A stretch of DNA of 64,000 bases from Candidatus Atabeyarchaeum deiterrae (GTDB lineage Archaea > Asgardarchaeota > Atabeyarchaeia > Atabeyarchaeales > Atabeyarchaeaceae), in NCBI GenBank assembly GCA_037310415.1, contig CP147780.1, forward strand, positions 1,344,001 to 1,408,000, written 5' to 3'. The position numbers and the translations under genes are program-made. Of this stretch, positions 48,829-58,649 are shown piece by piece (position 1 is the stretch's first letter; each line of letters begins with the position of its first letter). Under the pieces are notes generated by a model that saw only the letters and a program-made list of their open reading frames with translations, did not search any database and was not told the DNA's origin.

Positions 48829-49398
48829 CTATCTGGTTTCATTCGCTACTCTCTTAAAGTCCTCTTCTAAAACACTTCTAAGTTTTGCATCATAGAGCAC
48901 CGCCGCCGGATGATAGAGAGGAAATATGACCCTGTTTGCCATCCTAGCCGGCTGTCCGTGGGCTCTCGAGATTGAAATGTCTTTTCCTAAGAATACTTTC
49001 AAAGCGGTGTTACCCATCAAGCATATCACTTTAGGATCGATCAACCTGATCTGTCTCTCAAGGTAACTGGAGCAGGCAGATATCTCCCCCACTCTCGGAG
49101 GTCTGTTTTTGGGTGGTCGACACTTCACGATGTTCGTTATGTAAACATCCTGTCTACTGAGATTTATTGATGCGAGAAGTTGAGAAAGTAGTTTTCCTGC
49201 GGTCCCAACGAATGGTCTTCCCTGCAAATCCTCTTCTCGCCCTGGAGCTTCCCCAATAAACATCATCTTGGTACTAACATTTCCTTCACCTGGGACGGCG
49301 TTCTTCCTCCCCTCGTGAAGCTCACACTTGGTACATCCTCTGACTTCGCGACTGATCTGCTCAACGAACTTCAGAACCATGTCGCTCAATTTTGACAT
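48829..49398 (-). CDS. udg: Family 4 uracil-DNA glycosylase
   Basis: CTKCEL, GEAPG, PFVG, KCRPP, YHPAA. Confidence 0.93.
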   Translation of the reverse strand: MSKLSDMVLKFVEQISREVRGCTKCELHEGRKNAVPGEGNVSTKMMFIGEAPGREEDLQGRPFVGTAGKLLSQLLASINLSRQDVYITNIVKCRPPKNRPPRVGEISACSSYLERQIRLIDPKVICLMGNTALKVFLGKDISISRAHGQPARMANRVIFPLYHPAAVLYDAKLRSVLEEDFKRVANETR

Positions 49399-49454
49399 CC
49401 ACCCTTGAGCAACTCTGTAATTGGTGCCGCTACCTCTGAAACTGCTTGTGAGCG

Positions 49455-50603
49455 TTAAAGCCGAATTCCCACACGACCCAAAGCCCTAGCAAAGAAGCTT
49501 TTTCTGAGCTCATATGCTCCATTAGGACAGACCTCATTACATGTGAAACACCGCAAGCACCTATTGTAGTTCAGCACAGGGTAAGGATTCAGTCTAATAG
49601 CATGAGCAGGGCAGTGGGATGCACATGTCGCACACCTAGTGCAATTCGCCTTGATCAACTTTGGCCTGGTGTAGACGAGACCCATCATCATTCTGAAGAG
49701 ACGGCTTGGCACAATGTCTAGCGGCATTGTCCTGACTTTGTCCCAAGATAGATTGAGTTCTCTTGGGTCCAGCCCTCTGATCTGAATTTCTCTCAGCGCG
49801 CCTTGCCCCAGACCTCTATTCGAAGCCTCAACAGTCGTGAGGATCTCATTCTCTCTGTAGCCAACCAAGCTGGAACATACCGCGTCTAACGCAACGCTAT
49901 CTCTGCTCGCGGCAATAATCCCAGCTTTCCTAATCGTTCCGTAACTTGGTCCATTGCCATCCATTCCGACTACTCCATCCATGACAGCGAGTGAAGGTCT
50001 GATCGCTGAGTATATGTCGACTATGCCTTGGCTGAACGACCTGATCTTGCCAAGTGCATGAAGCTTCATCCTCGTCGCTGTAGGAATAGTTCCAAAAAGA
50101 TTTTTCAAAGCTCCCGTGAATTTGGTCATGTTGTGATTCTTCAACTTTGGTACTGACACGATGAATTGAGAATCAAGAACTGGCTTGGCCACGTAAACCT
50201 CGCTGAGGCGCATCGAACCTTTTGGCGCGAGGATCTTGGCGAAGCCTTCAGCCTCAAAGTTGACCGCCTTGGCTTTTGTCTCCTCTGCAATCTTCTCAAT
50301 CCCTGCAACCTTCAGAGCTTTTCTGGTTTCAACTGGACCGGCTGCTGAAGAGTCTCCAAGAATAACATCTGCACCGGCGTCTTGGAAGTATTCAACTAGC
50401 GCTTTTGCTACTGTCGGGTGGGTTGTAACGGCATCTTCCGGTTTCCTGGCGGCGAGAAGGTTCACCTTAAGGAGGACTCTATCTCCGCCACTGATGTGCA
50501 GACCCTTCTTGCCGCCTATCATGGTGAGCGAGGAGTAGACCGCCTGCTTTACTTCATCATATACGTAACTCGAGCATCCGGTTACGACCACTTCGGTCTT
50601 CAA
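49455..50603 (-). CDS. DUF362-domain Fe-S protein
   Basis: LLKVNL, TTHP, PKLKNH, LKNLFG, GNGP, two C-terminal ferredoxin motifs. Confidence 0.85.
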   Translation of the reverse strand: MKTEVVVTGCSSYVYDEVKQAVYSSLTMIGGKKGLHISGGDRVLLKVNLLAARKPEDAVTTHPTVAKALVEYFQDAGADVILGDSSAAGPVETRKALKVAGIEKIAEETKAKAVNFEAEGFAKILAPKGSMRLSEVYVAKPVLDSQFIVSVPKLKNHNMTKFTGALKNLFGTIPTATRMKLHALGKIRSFSQGIVDIYSAIRPSLAVMDGVVGMDGNGPSYGTIRKAGIIAASRDSVALDAVCSSLVGYRENEILTTVEASNRGLGQGALREIQIRGLDPRELNLSWDKVRTMPLDIVPSRLFRMMMGLVYTRPKLIKANCTRCATCASHCPAHAIRLNPYPVLNYNRCLRCFTCNEVCPNGAYELRKSFFARALGRVGIRL

Positions 50604-50799
50604 TGGGCGAATGCCCTCCGTGCTTTTAATTCAGAGGATAGCTGAGAAGCGAGAAGAGACTACTTTGCATCTTAAAGACTTTCATTATTCCTTGAGGTCA
50701 CTCATTTAAAACCTTTTGTCCGGTAGATTTGATGTCTCATACGGATCATGAGTTCTAGTCTGGCGAGGATCAAGATTAACTGTGGCAATTGTTGTGTCT

Positions 50800-51402
50800 C
50801 TAAAGGATTCCTATGTAAGTCGTCTTGTACACTAAATAACCCATGCCATTCATGGTTACTAAGGATCCCAAGAACACTCCGGCATACCACACTACTATGG
50901 ATGACAAGAGGTCACTTCCTAACGGAATCAAGACAGCCATATATGATCCAACAATGAAAGTTACGACGACGTTCTCAACCAGTATCGCGATTTGAACCCA
51001 TAAGAGCCCTCTTTTCCCTCTGTTGACAAACATCATGCAGACTTTGTAGCCAAGAAACGCGGCCAGAAAGTTAGCGACAGGCCCCCCAATGACATCAAAC
51101 GCGACGGTCGCGCTGGTTGCAAAGCCATAGTAGTTTCCAACGATGCACCCAATGGAAACTCCAAGCACACCAGCATAGCCGAATACAAACGCAAGAGGCA
51201 TAAGGCAATCGGCGATGCGGATCTGTGCGGGACCAAAACCAAAAACCCAGAAGACTATGACCATGGTCGCATACAAAGCTGCCACAATAGATGAAATGGC
51301 AACTCTCACTGCGGGCTTCTCGTATGGCTTTCCAGAAAGGCCAGAGGCACCCGTTTTCTTTGTTTTGAGCAGAATGCTCGAATATCCTCTTCTAAAGTTC
51401 AA
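50800..51402 (-). CDS. queT: QueT-family 7-deazaguanine (queuosine/archaeosine precursor) transporter
   Basis: IVAALYA...FGPAQIRIADCL..L...GVSIGCIVGN...DVIGG pattern typical of QueT; about 5 TM; GGAGGTGA SD. Confidence 0.8.
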   Translation of the reverse strand: MNFRRGYSSILLKTKKTGASGLSGKPYEKPAVRVAISSIVAALYATMVIVFWVFGFGPAQIRIADCLMPLAFVFGYAGVLGVSIGCIVGNYYGFATSATVAFDVIGGPVANFLAAFLGYKVCMMFVNRGKRGLLWVQIAILVENVVVTFIVGSYMAVLIPLGSDLLSSIVVWYAGVFLGSLVTMNGMGYLVYKTTYIGIL

Positions 51403-51482
51403 AACCTTTTCTCACCTCCACTTCCCGGGGTTTGTTTTGACGCGGAACGGTTGGGAGGACCCACTCACCCGCGCACATTCGC
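51403..51482 (-). promoter_or_regulatory. Structured 5' leader of queT, candidate riboswitch
   Basis: mRNA-sense GCGCGG/CCGCGU stem enclosing UGGG/CCCA, then CAAAACAAACC, then SD GGAGGUGA. TATA-like TTTAATA at 51507-51513. Confidence 0.45.
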
Positions 51483-51593
51483 TTTCTAGTGTTGACTCAG
51501 GCTTAGTATTAAATCCTTGTGTCGCGATCTTGGGTTCATGTCCTGTTGTTCCATCTTCTTGGAGGCTTTCCTCTAATAACGCACCCATGGCCG

Positions 51594-51980
51594 TCAGAAG
51601 AGTTCGATCCAGATCCCATTCGGGTCTTCAACATAGGCCCAGCGGCCACTGTTGGACTTCATTTCCAGCAAAATGCAATGTCCTGCAGCACCAGCTTCTT
51701 CCAAAGCCTTGTCCAAGTCCTCGACCTGAAAGGCAAGATGATCCAATCCTTCACCTACACTATACTCTTTGTTGTAGGGGCTGTTTTTCCCATAATAGTT
51801 CAGTTCAAGTATGAGGCCACCCTTCTCGCTTTCCAGTGCGACGGTTTCTCCTTTGGTTTGATCAATTTTGCCGCGATTCACCATCTTCATGCCGAGAAGT
51901 TTCGTATAAAAGTCGATGGATTTCTCGAGATTCGTCACTCTTATTCCTACATACGTGAATTTAGCTTTCATAACTCTCAC
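51594..51980 (-). CDS. VOC/glyoxalase-family protein
   Basis: YVGIRV..LEKSIDFY, LELNY, DHLAF, EDPNGIWIEL. Confidence 0.9.
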   Translation of the reverse strand: MRVMKAKFTYVGIRVTNLEKSIDFYTKLLGMKMVNRGKIDQTKGETVALESEKGGLILELNYYGKNSPYNKEYSVGEGLDHLAFQVEDLDKALEEAGAAGHCILLEMKSNSGRWAYVEDPNGIWIELF

Positions 51981-52129
51981 CTAGCTGCATGTCGAGTCTC
52001 TTACGAAGAGACAAACAAGTTATGACAAATACTTATGTATTGGGCTCACGATGAATTGTTAGCCGAGAGGTGAACTCGATAATTGTCGTCGTCAGTCTAT
52101 CCTATGATCTTGAGACACTCAGTTGAAGG

Positions 52130-53155
52130 ATGTGGCAAAGCATGATAGCAGTGGTAATCTCAAGTGGCGGTTTAGATGTCAAGGAAGTGGATCAACCTGA
52201 GGTTAGAAAAAGGGATGTCTTAATTAAAGTCATGGCTGCAGGTATTTGTGGCACAGATCTGGCAATCGCGTCGAGAAAACTAAAGACTCCACTGCCTTTA
52301 ATTCCTGGACACGAGTTTACAGGTGAAGTTGTTCAAACAGGTGAAGACGTGAATGGATTGAAGACAGGGAACAGAGTCACCAGCGAAATAAACTTGACTT
52401 GCGGACGATGCTTCTTCTGCAACTCCGGTGTAAAGACACATTGTCTAAACCGCAAAGCCATAGGAATAGACGTCAACGGAGCGCTCGCCGATTACATAGC
52501 CGTTCCTGTCGAGAATATTCATATGCTGCCAGAATCCATAACCTATGAAGAGGGTGTCTTCATAGAACCCCTCGCGGCTGCAATACAGACAATAAAAATG
52601 ACTCCAATAAGCACTGGTAGCAGTGTTGCGATTATCGGAGACGGCCGACTAGGTCAGCTCATAGCACAGGCGATCAAGGCTAACGTTGCCGATTCCAGAA
52701 TGCTAATGTTAGGCAAACATGATTCAAAACTGGGACTCGGGGTAGAACTTGGAGGCGCCGACATAGCAATCAATATCACCCATGAGGATCCAGTCAAGGC
52801 GGTCCTAAGCGAAACAGATGGTCTGGGGGCTAACATCGTTGTTGAGGCAACCGGAAATCCCAACGCCCTGAGCCTGGCACTGAGCATCGTTCGCCACAGA
52901 GGAACAGTTGCCTTGAAAAGTACGCACGGTGAACAATCAAGAATAGATGCTTCACAAGTTGCAGTGCGAGAGATCACCCTGCAAGGTTCACGTTGCGGAC
53001 CATTCGAGGAGGCCATCAAGTTACTCAACGAAAAGAAAGTCAAGGTTAAACCATTGATCTCGGCGAAGTTTCCATTGAGGAAAGCCAAAGAAGCATTCAA
53101 GTTTGCCAAGAAACCTGAAGCCCTAAAGGTGATTCTCTTACCTAGACTCGAATAA
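52130..53155 (+). CDS. Zn-dependent MDR alcohol dehydrogenase
   Basis: GICGTD, GHEF, CGRCFFC...C, IEPLAA, GDGRLG. Confidence 0.9.
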   Translation: MWQSMIAVVISSGGLDVKEVDQPEVRKRDVLIKVMAAGICGTDLAIASRKLKTPLPLIPGHEFTGEVVQTGEDVNGLKTGNRVTSEINLTCGRCFFCNSGVKTHCLNRKAIGIDVNGALADYIAVPVENIHMLPESITYEEGVFIEPLAAAIQTIKMTPISTGSSVAIIGDGRLGQLIAQAIKANVADSRMLMLGKHDSKLGLGVELGGADIAINITHEDPVKAVLSETDGLGANIVVEATGNPNALSLALSIVRHRGTVALKSTHGEQSRIDASQVAVREITLQGSRCGPFEEAIKLLNEKKVKVKPLISAKFPLRKAKEAFKFAKKPEALKVILLPRLE

Positions 53156-53224
53156 ACAGTTATCGTCTAACCAACTTTCAAATCCAGGTTGCATTAGAAG
53201 GTTACTCTTGGTTGTGATTTCGCT

Positions 53225-54304
53225 TTGAAGATAGTTCACAGAAACCTGAAGAAAGGCTTGCTAGTGTTGAAACCTGAGAACTTAGATGACCTCTGGATCC
53301 TCTACAACACCATTCTTCCTGGCGATAGGGTATACGCCAAGACCCAGAGGAGAGTTAAAGCTCAAGAGGAGACTTTACGGCAAGACGAAGGCCAAAGAGT
53401 CACCCTCTATTTGGGCATCAAAGCTGAAGAAGTCTACTATGACCCAAACTTCAATCGGCTTCGGGTCAAAGGCGTAATTGTTGAGGGTCCTGAGGAAGTC
53501 GTTAGGATTGGCTCCTATCACACGCTCAGCTTAGAGCTCGGTTTCGACGTGAGGATCATTAAAGACCATTGGCAGAGCTATCTTCTTGATCGAGTTAAGC
53601 AATCACTAGAAAGCCAAGAGAGGCCTAAAGTTATGGTTGTGGCCGTAGAGGAGGGGGATGCCTGTGTCGCAAAAGTGGGGGACTTTGGCATAGATGTCTG
53701 TGCAAACATAACAATGGCGATACCAGGCAAAGCTGATGAATCAAAGCAAAGGGAACAAGTCCTCTCGAAATTTTTCAACGAAGTGTACTCGACCATTAAG
53801 CAGAACCTAAGCGACAAGAGAATCAAGAGCATCGTGATCGCTGGACCAGGATTCACGAAGGAAAGGCTACTCTCATATCTTGACAAGGACAAGGAAATAC
53901 GAAAACTCTGTTCTTTGGAGACGGCCAGTAACGGAGGTATGCCAGGCGTCCAAGAAGTGATAAGAAGGGGTGCACTCACAAAAGTTCTCGAAGATATTCG
54001 ACTGGTTGAAGAGTCAAAGCTAATGGAGGAGTTGCTGAGGCGACTCGGCAAAGACGAGAGAACAGCAGTCTATGGCAGGAGCGAAGTTGAAAGGGCAACA
54101 TCCTTTGGTTCTGTCGAAACATTACTAATTACTGATACGTTGCTGAGGAACGCTTCGGCTGAAGAGAGAACGAGACTCGATGCGCTTCTGAGAAACGCCG
54201 AGAAGATGAGAGGAAGAGTGGTTATCTTCAATGCTGAGAGCGAGACTGGAGAAGAGTTGACTTCGCTTGGAGGAATAGCTGCGCTCACACGTTTCAAGAT
54301 TTGA
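53225..54304 (+). CDS. pelA: mRNA surveillance protein pelota
   Basis: PENLDDLW, RLRVKGVI, GSYHTL, AGPGFTK, LGGIAALTRF. Confidence 0.95.
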   Translation: MKIVHRNLKKGLLVLKPENLDDLWILYNTILPGDRVYAKTQRRVKAQEETLRQDEGQRVTLYLGIKAEEVYYDPNFNRLRVKGVIVEGPEEVVRIGSYHTLSLELGFDVRIIKDHWQSYLLDRVKQSLESQERPKVMVVAVEEGDACVAKVGDFGIDVCANITMAIPGKADESKQREQVLSKFFNEVYSTIKQNLSDKRIKSIVIAGPGFTKERLLSYLDKDKEIRKLCSLETASNGGMPGVQEVIRRGALTKVLEDIRLVEESKLMEELLRRLGKDERTAVYGRSEVERATSFGSVETLLITDTLLRNASAEERTRLDALLRNAEKMRGRVVIFNAESETGEELTSLGGIAALTRFKI

Positions 54305-54547
54305 TGAGCAGTCTTGGTTGTTGCTTAATTCTCTTCTCTGCAGATTCTGTGTAGATTAATTAGATATCTGCAGGGATTTGTGCGTGACAAATCCCCTGAT
54401 CAGAGAACGATGAGATCGAAGAAGTAGAAAAATGAAAAATTGAGGAGAGAAGGCTATGGCGTTACAGTTATCGGTATAACTCTTAATCCGCACCCCTCTT
54501 AGCTCAGTTGACCTGTCTCCCCTCGATGGTTCTTCTCCGGTAGCGTC

Positions 54548-54727
54548 TTATGGCTCTATTTCTTCAGATTCTTCTGCTTCTTCCACACCGACTGAAGCGC
54601 AGTCCTTGCACAACACTTTGTTTGTCAAAACCTGTTCCACGCACTCACTGCATACCAATGTTCCACACGAATAGCAAGCACGGACGCCACTTCTGGATCC
54701 GCAGAATTCACAGGCTAATCGACCCAT
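54548..54727 (-). CDS. 59-aa 8-Cys zinc-finger protein (not in ORF track)
   Basis: MGRLACEFCGSRSGVRACYSCGTLVCSECVEQVLTNKVLCKDCASVGVEEAEESEEIEP: four CxxC and an acidic tail. Confidence 0.78.
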   Translation of the reverse strand: MGRLACEFCGSRSGVRACYSCGTLVCSECVEQVLTNKVLCKDCASVGVEEAEESEEIEP

Positions 54728-54990
54728 CGGTCAACCAACCCCTGACATAATGTATAGGGTACCTCAAAATAAACCTTTTCCGTTCACCGTTGCGATTCTC
54801 ACAGTTCACCAAACTTTCTCGCGAATCTCTGCGACTGGTACATCAAAACCTAGCTCTGCACGTCTCCCAACAAACAACGAGAGAATGATTTGGAACGTAT
54901 TAGCTTAAGAGGGAACTGAAATAGGTTTAAATCGAGAAATCAAATCTAGGTTCTCAGCCTGAGTTGAACAATAGGACATGAGGAATAAAC

Positions 54991-55581
54991 TTGATTCTTG
55001 GCATATGTGGCAGTCCGAGGAGGAAGGCAACTGAACATGTTCTCAGAGAAGCACTGCGAATGGCGGAGGAAGCAGGATCCAAAACTGAGTTCTTTAGCGT
55101 CAGTGGGAAGAAGATAAGTCCTTGTCAACATTGCGATTACTGCCTCAGAAACAAGGAGTGCCGGATTAAAGACGACATGTACGAACTCTATCCTCTTCTC
55201 AAGGATGCTCAAGGAATGATAATCGCTACACCCGTCTACATGGGCGGACTAAGCGCACAGACAAAGATCGTCATAGATCGATGCAGAGCTCTACTTGCAG
55301 CTAACCGGGATGTTTTCAAATATAAACTTGGTATGGCAGTTGCGGTTGGAGGAGACCGTTCGGGAGGACAAGAGCTCGCAATACAACAGATAACAGCATT
55401 CTTCATATTAAATGGAATCATACCGGTGAGTGGAGGCTCATTCGGAGCAAACCTTGGAGCAACATTCTGGTCGAAGGATACGCTAGAAGGGGTGAAAGAG
55501 GACGAAGAAGGACTCAGAACACTTAAGAAAACTGTGAAGAAGTTCGTGAGCGCGTTGGACAAACTAAAGATAAAGGAATAG
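54991..55581 (+). CDS. Iron-sulfur flavoprotein (Isf/flavodoxin family)
   Basis: GSPR, PCQHCDYC....C, ATPVY, GGDRSGGQE. Confidence 0.9.
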   Translation: MILGICGSPRRKATEHVLREALRMAEEAGSKTEFFSVSGKKISPCQHCDYCLRNKECRIKDDMYELYPLLKDAQGMIIATPVYMGGLSAQTKIVIDRCRALLAANRDVFKYKLGMAVAVGGDRSGGQELAIQQITAFFILNGIIPVSGGSFGANLGATFWSKDTLEGVKEDEEGLRTLKKTVKKFVSALDKLKIKE

Positions 55582-55612
55582 ACGAAAAATCTTCGACCGC
55601 ATTCTTGGAGGA

Positions 55613-56200
55613 GTGAAAATGCCTGAGCAAAAAGAGGGCAAGAAGATAAAGAAGGTGGCTTGGGGAATCACAGGCAGTGGAGACAGGCTACGTGAGACCG
55701 TTGAAGCAATGAGGAAGATAAGAGATCAGTTTGCAGATAGAGTTGACGTAAGGGTTTACGTATCGAAGGCAGGGGATCAAGTTCTAAAGTATTACAAGTT
55801 GAGCCACGATCTGGAGGAAACCTTCGACAAAATCTGGATAGAAATTAACGCTAACTCCCCCTTTCTGGCAGGTCAGCTTCAATCTGGAAAATTCGAGTTC
55901 CTGCTGATCGCTCCGGCAACGTCGAATACAGTGGCTAAGATCTCGATGGGTCTGGGGGACAGTCTTCTCTCCAATTCGGCGATCATGAGCTTGAAGGCAT
56001 TTGTACCGGTATACCTGATGCCCTCAGACTATGAAGAAGGGATCGTAACCACGAAGCTTCCTAACGGTCGCGATCTAAGACTGAAAGTCAGAAAAGAAGA
56101 TGTGGAGAATGTCAAGAGAATAGCCAGCATGGAGAATGCATTCATACTGGAAAAACCAGAAGATATTAGCAACGTCTTCAGAAAGCATTTCGGTGAATAG
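55613..56200 (+). CDS. afpA: Archaeoflavoprotein AfpA
   Basis: VAWGITGSG, NANSPFLAG, APATSNTVAK, MPSD. Confidence 0.88.
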   Translation: MKMPEQKEGKKIKKVAWGITGSGDRLRETVEAMRKIRDQFADRVDVRVYVSKAGDQVLKYYKLSHDLEETFDKIWIEINANSPFLAGQLQSGKFEFLLIAPATSNTVAKISMGLGDSLLSNSAIMSLKAFVPVYLMPSDYEEGIVTTKLPNGRDLRLKVRKEDVENVKRIASMENAFILEKPEDISNVFRKHFGE

Positions 56201-56202
56201 TT

Positions 56203-57741
56203 CTAAGCAAAATGCTCTTGTATCTCACTTAATAGTGGCTTCACGTCTAACCCCTTGTATCCAATTCTCTGCGCTAACTCGACGACATCATATTTCTGCC
56301 CTTTGGACCAAAGTCCCCCGAGGATCCTGCCCGTCTTTAGACTCTTGAACCAAGCCTCTCCAACTTTCTCTACCAAGTATGCCCTCAATTGTGACTCGAA
56401 TATCCAAGCTCTTAGGTACTGGGACGTGTAGAAACCATCATCGGTGTCCGTCAGGTAGTGCGCCTCAGGATGTTGAAACTTGAGTGACTCTTCCATTTTC
56501 TCTCGATAGACTTCGCTCATGTTGTCGACTTCATTGCCTTGGTGAAGAATCAGCTCGTACTTCAGTTTGGCAGCGTACCTCCTCAGGAAGTACAACTTGT
56601 AGAGGTATGCAAAGTCAAGGTATTTGTCGAACTCCGTGATTCCAACATTCTCCTTGAGCCACGTCTTGTTCAGCGTCAAATACTCAAGCAAGAAAGCATA
56701 AGTTTCAGTCACCGATGCATCTCCGAGTCGCTTGTACTCAACAGGTGACTTCGGATCAACCAGTGCATAGTGCATAGTGTGGCCAGCCTCGTGCAGCATT
56801 GATGTGTAATCATCCTGACCACCTTTTGGCATGACCACCAGCCTCACATCCCCCGGAACCTTTATGACTGAGGTGAACGCTCGGGGGAGTTTTCTAGGTC
56901 TCTCTTCCACATCAATGAGGATGTTTCTGTACTTCTTTATGCTGTACCCGATTCCTCTCAATGTGTTCTCAAGAACCGGTGAAGCGTTTTCCTTCCTAAA
57001 GTAAGAATCATATTCCTTGGCACGAAAAACATGAGCTGCGTCATGTTTCTCTGCCTCACGCAGGTGTACTCCGATCACTTTTTGCATTGCCTCATCCATT
57101 TTGTCAACATATAGGGACTCCGTTCTTTCAACGAAATAGGTCATTGAATCGCTCAATTCCTGGAAATTGATGTTCTTCGTGTCTCGGAAAAGCCAAACAT
57201 AGTCACGGTATCCAAATTCGTGTGCAATGCTGTGAAGCTTTTCAACTCGTCGCTTGAGGATAGGCGTCAACTTGTCATCAATGATCGTGTTCCTAGCACG
57301 AAACAGCATTGATCTCTTCTTTCTATCATCTTCGTTCAAAACCTTCACTTCGGCTAGTCGGAACGGTATCTGTTCGCCATCGATTTTGATGATTTCCTTT
57401 GAAGCTACTGTCTCAAATTCGTCGGTGTACTCTTTGACACTATGCCCGAGGGATTCTTCAGTTGCAAAAGCCTGCAGATAGCGAAGTCTACGCTCGATTT
57501 CCCCTCCTTTTCTTTCTTTGGTTCTCATTTTCTTTATAATTGTCACGTTCTGCCTATCGAAGAGATTCGCATACTTGTTGAATATGTTAGAGAGATTCAG
57601 GTCTTCTTTCAGACCCGCCCAATTTAGATAATATTCAAGACTCGTCTCACTGCTGAATTCATCAACACCCTTTCTGAAGGATTTCAGGTCAAACAACTGT
57701 GGTCCCCCCGAAGAAGAATACCGGATGCCGTTGTTCCTCAA
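56203..57741 (-). CDS. M3-like zincin oligopeptidase
   Basis: PRAF, LHEAGHTMH, downstream TETYAFLLE, YTSQYLRAW. Confidence 0.75.
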   Translation of the reverse strand: MRNNGIRYSSSGGPQLFDLKSFRKGVDEFSSETSLEYYLNWAGLKEDLNLSNIFNKYANLFDRQNVTIIKKMRTKERKGGEIERRLRYLQAFATEESLGHSVKEYTDEFETVASKEIIKIDGEQIPFRLAEVKVLNEDDRKKRSMLFRARNTIIDDKLTPILKRRVEKLHSIAHEFGYRDYVWLFRDTKNINFQELSDSMTYFVERTESLYVDKMDEAMQKVIGVHLREAEKHDAAHVFRAKEYDSYFRKENASPVLENTLRGIGYSIKKYRNILIDVEERPRKLPRAFTSVIKVPGDVRLVVMPKGGQDDYTSMLHEAGHTMHYALVDPKSPVEYKRLGDASVTETYAFLLEYLTLNKTWLKENVGITEFDKYLDFAYLYKLYFLRRYAAKLKYELILHQGNEVDNMSEVYREKMEESLKFQHPEAHYLTDTDDGFYTSQYLRAWIFESQLRAYLVEKVGEAWFKSLKTGRILGGLWSKGQKYDVVELAQRIGYKGLDVKPLLSEIQEHFA

Positions 57742-57945
57742 CTTGGTTAACGCATGTAGTGATGTGCGGAGAAATATATCTCTATCGCATGAGGTTTCGT
57801 ACTATTATTCGCCTATATAACTGCTATATCGCAATAATGCATGCGTGGAGTGCTTCTCAAAGGCAACTAATTAAATACTTGTCAACTTATAGTTGACCAC
57901 GAGGTCATCTGCATTCGTTGAGCTGTCAGGAGCGATAGGGGAACC

Positions 57946-58455
57946 ATGAACGGAGTTCATGTAGATGAAACCTATGTGAAGATCCTCGTAGCTGGGGAAT
58001 CCCAAGTGGGGAAAACAGCTCTGGTGAACAGGTATTCAATGGGGAAGTTCGTAGCCCAAGAAACAATTGGAATCGATTTCTCTTCGAAATCAGAGGAGAC
58101 ATCGGAATTGGGTCGCTTCAAGTTTTCGATCTGGGATCTAGGCGGCGAAGAACGGTTTCGCTTCATACTTCCGGAGGTTTGCAAGGGAGCCAAGGGAATT
58201 ATGCTGCTCTTTGACCTATCAAGACCGAAAACCTTCAGCAACTTGGACGAGTGGGTCAAAGTAATCCGGGACTGCATGGGAAATGTTCCTGTTCTCCTCG
58301 TTGGAGCAAAGTCTGATTTAGAAGGCAAAGTTCCTGAAGAGCAAATTAGGAGATTTGTGAAAGAGAAGAACTTGAGTGGTTACGTAAAAGTGTCAGCAAA
58401 ACTCAACAGGAATGTTGATGAGGCCTTCAAGAAAATAACCACGTTGATATCATAG
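57946..58455 (+). CDS. Rab-like Ras-superfamily small GTPase
   Basis: KILVAGESQVGKT, TIGIDF, IWDLGGEERF, GAKSDL, VSAK..NV..AF. Confidence 0.9.
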   Translation: MNGVHVDETYVKILVAGESQVGKTALVNRYSMGKFVAQETIGIDFSSKSEETSELGRFKFSIWDLGGEERFRFILPEVCKGAKGIMLLFDLSRPKTFSNLDEWVKVIRDCMGNVPVLLVGAKSDLEGKVPEEQIRRFVKEKNLSGYVKVSAKLNRNVDEAFKKITTLIS

Positions 58456-58649
58456 ACCTTCCTTATTCTTCTTTCTGTCCTTTTCCTTTTCGTCACTTAA
58501 TTCTGCCTTCCGCAACTGACTCTTACATCACGTGGCATCTGTTTGACTATGCGTGGCTATATATTAGAGACGATTGTTTCGTTATACTCTATTTAAGTCA
58601 ATGCAGCGTCTCAGGGCAGGAGCGCCCGGGACGAGAGGATTGAAAAGGA

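Noticed and set aside
51215-52025. Plus-strand ORFs of 199 and 168 aa
   Set aside because: Antisense shadows of queT and the VOC gene, with no motifs.
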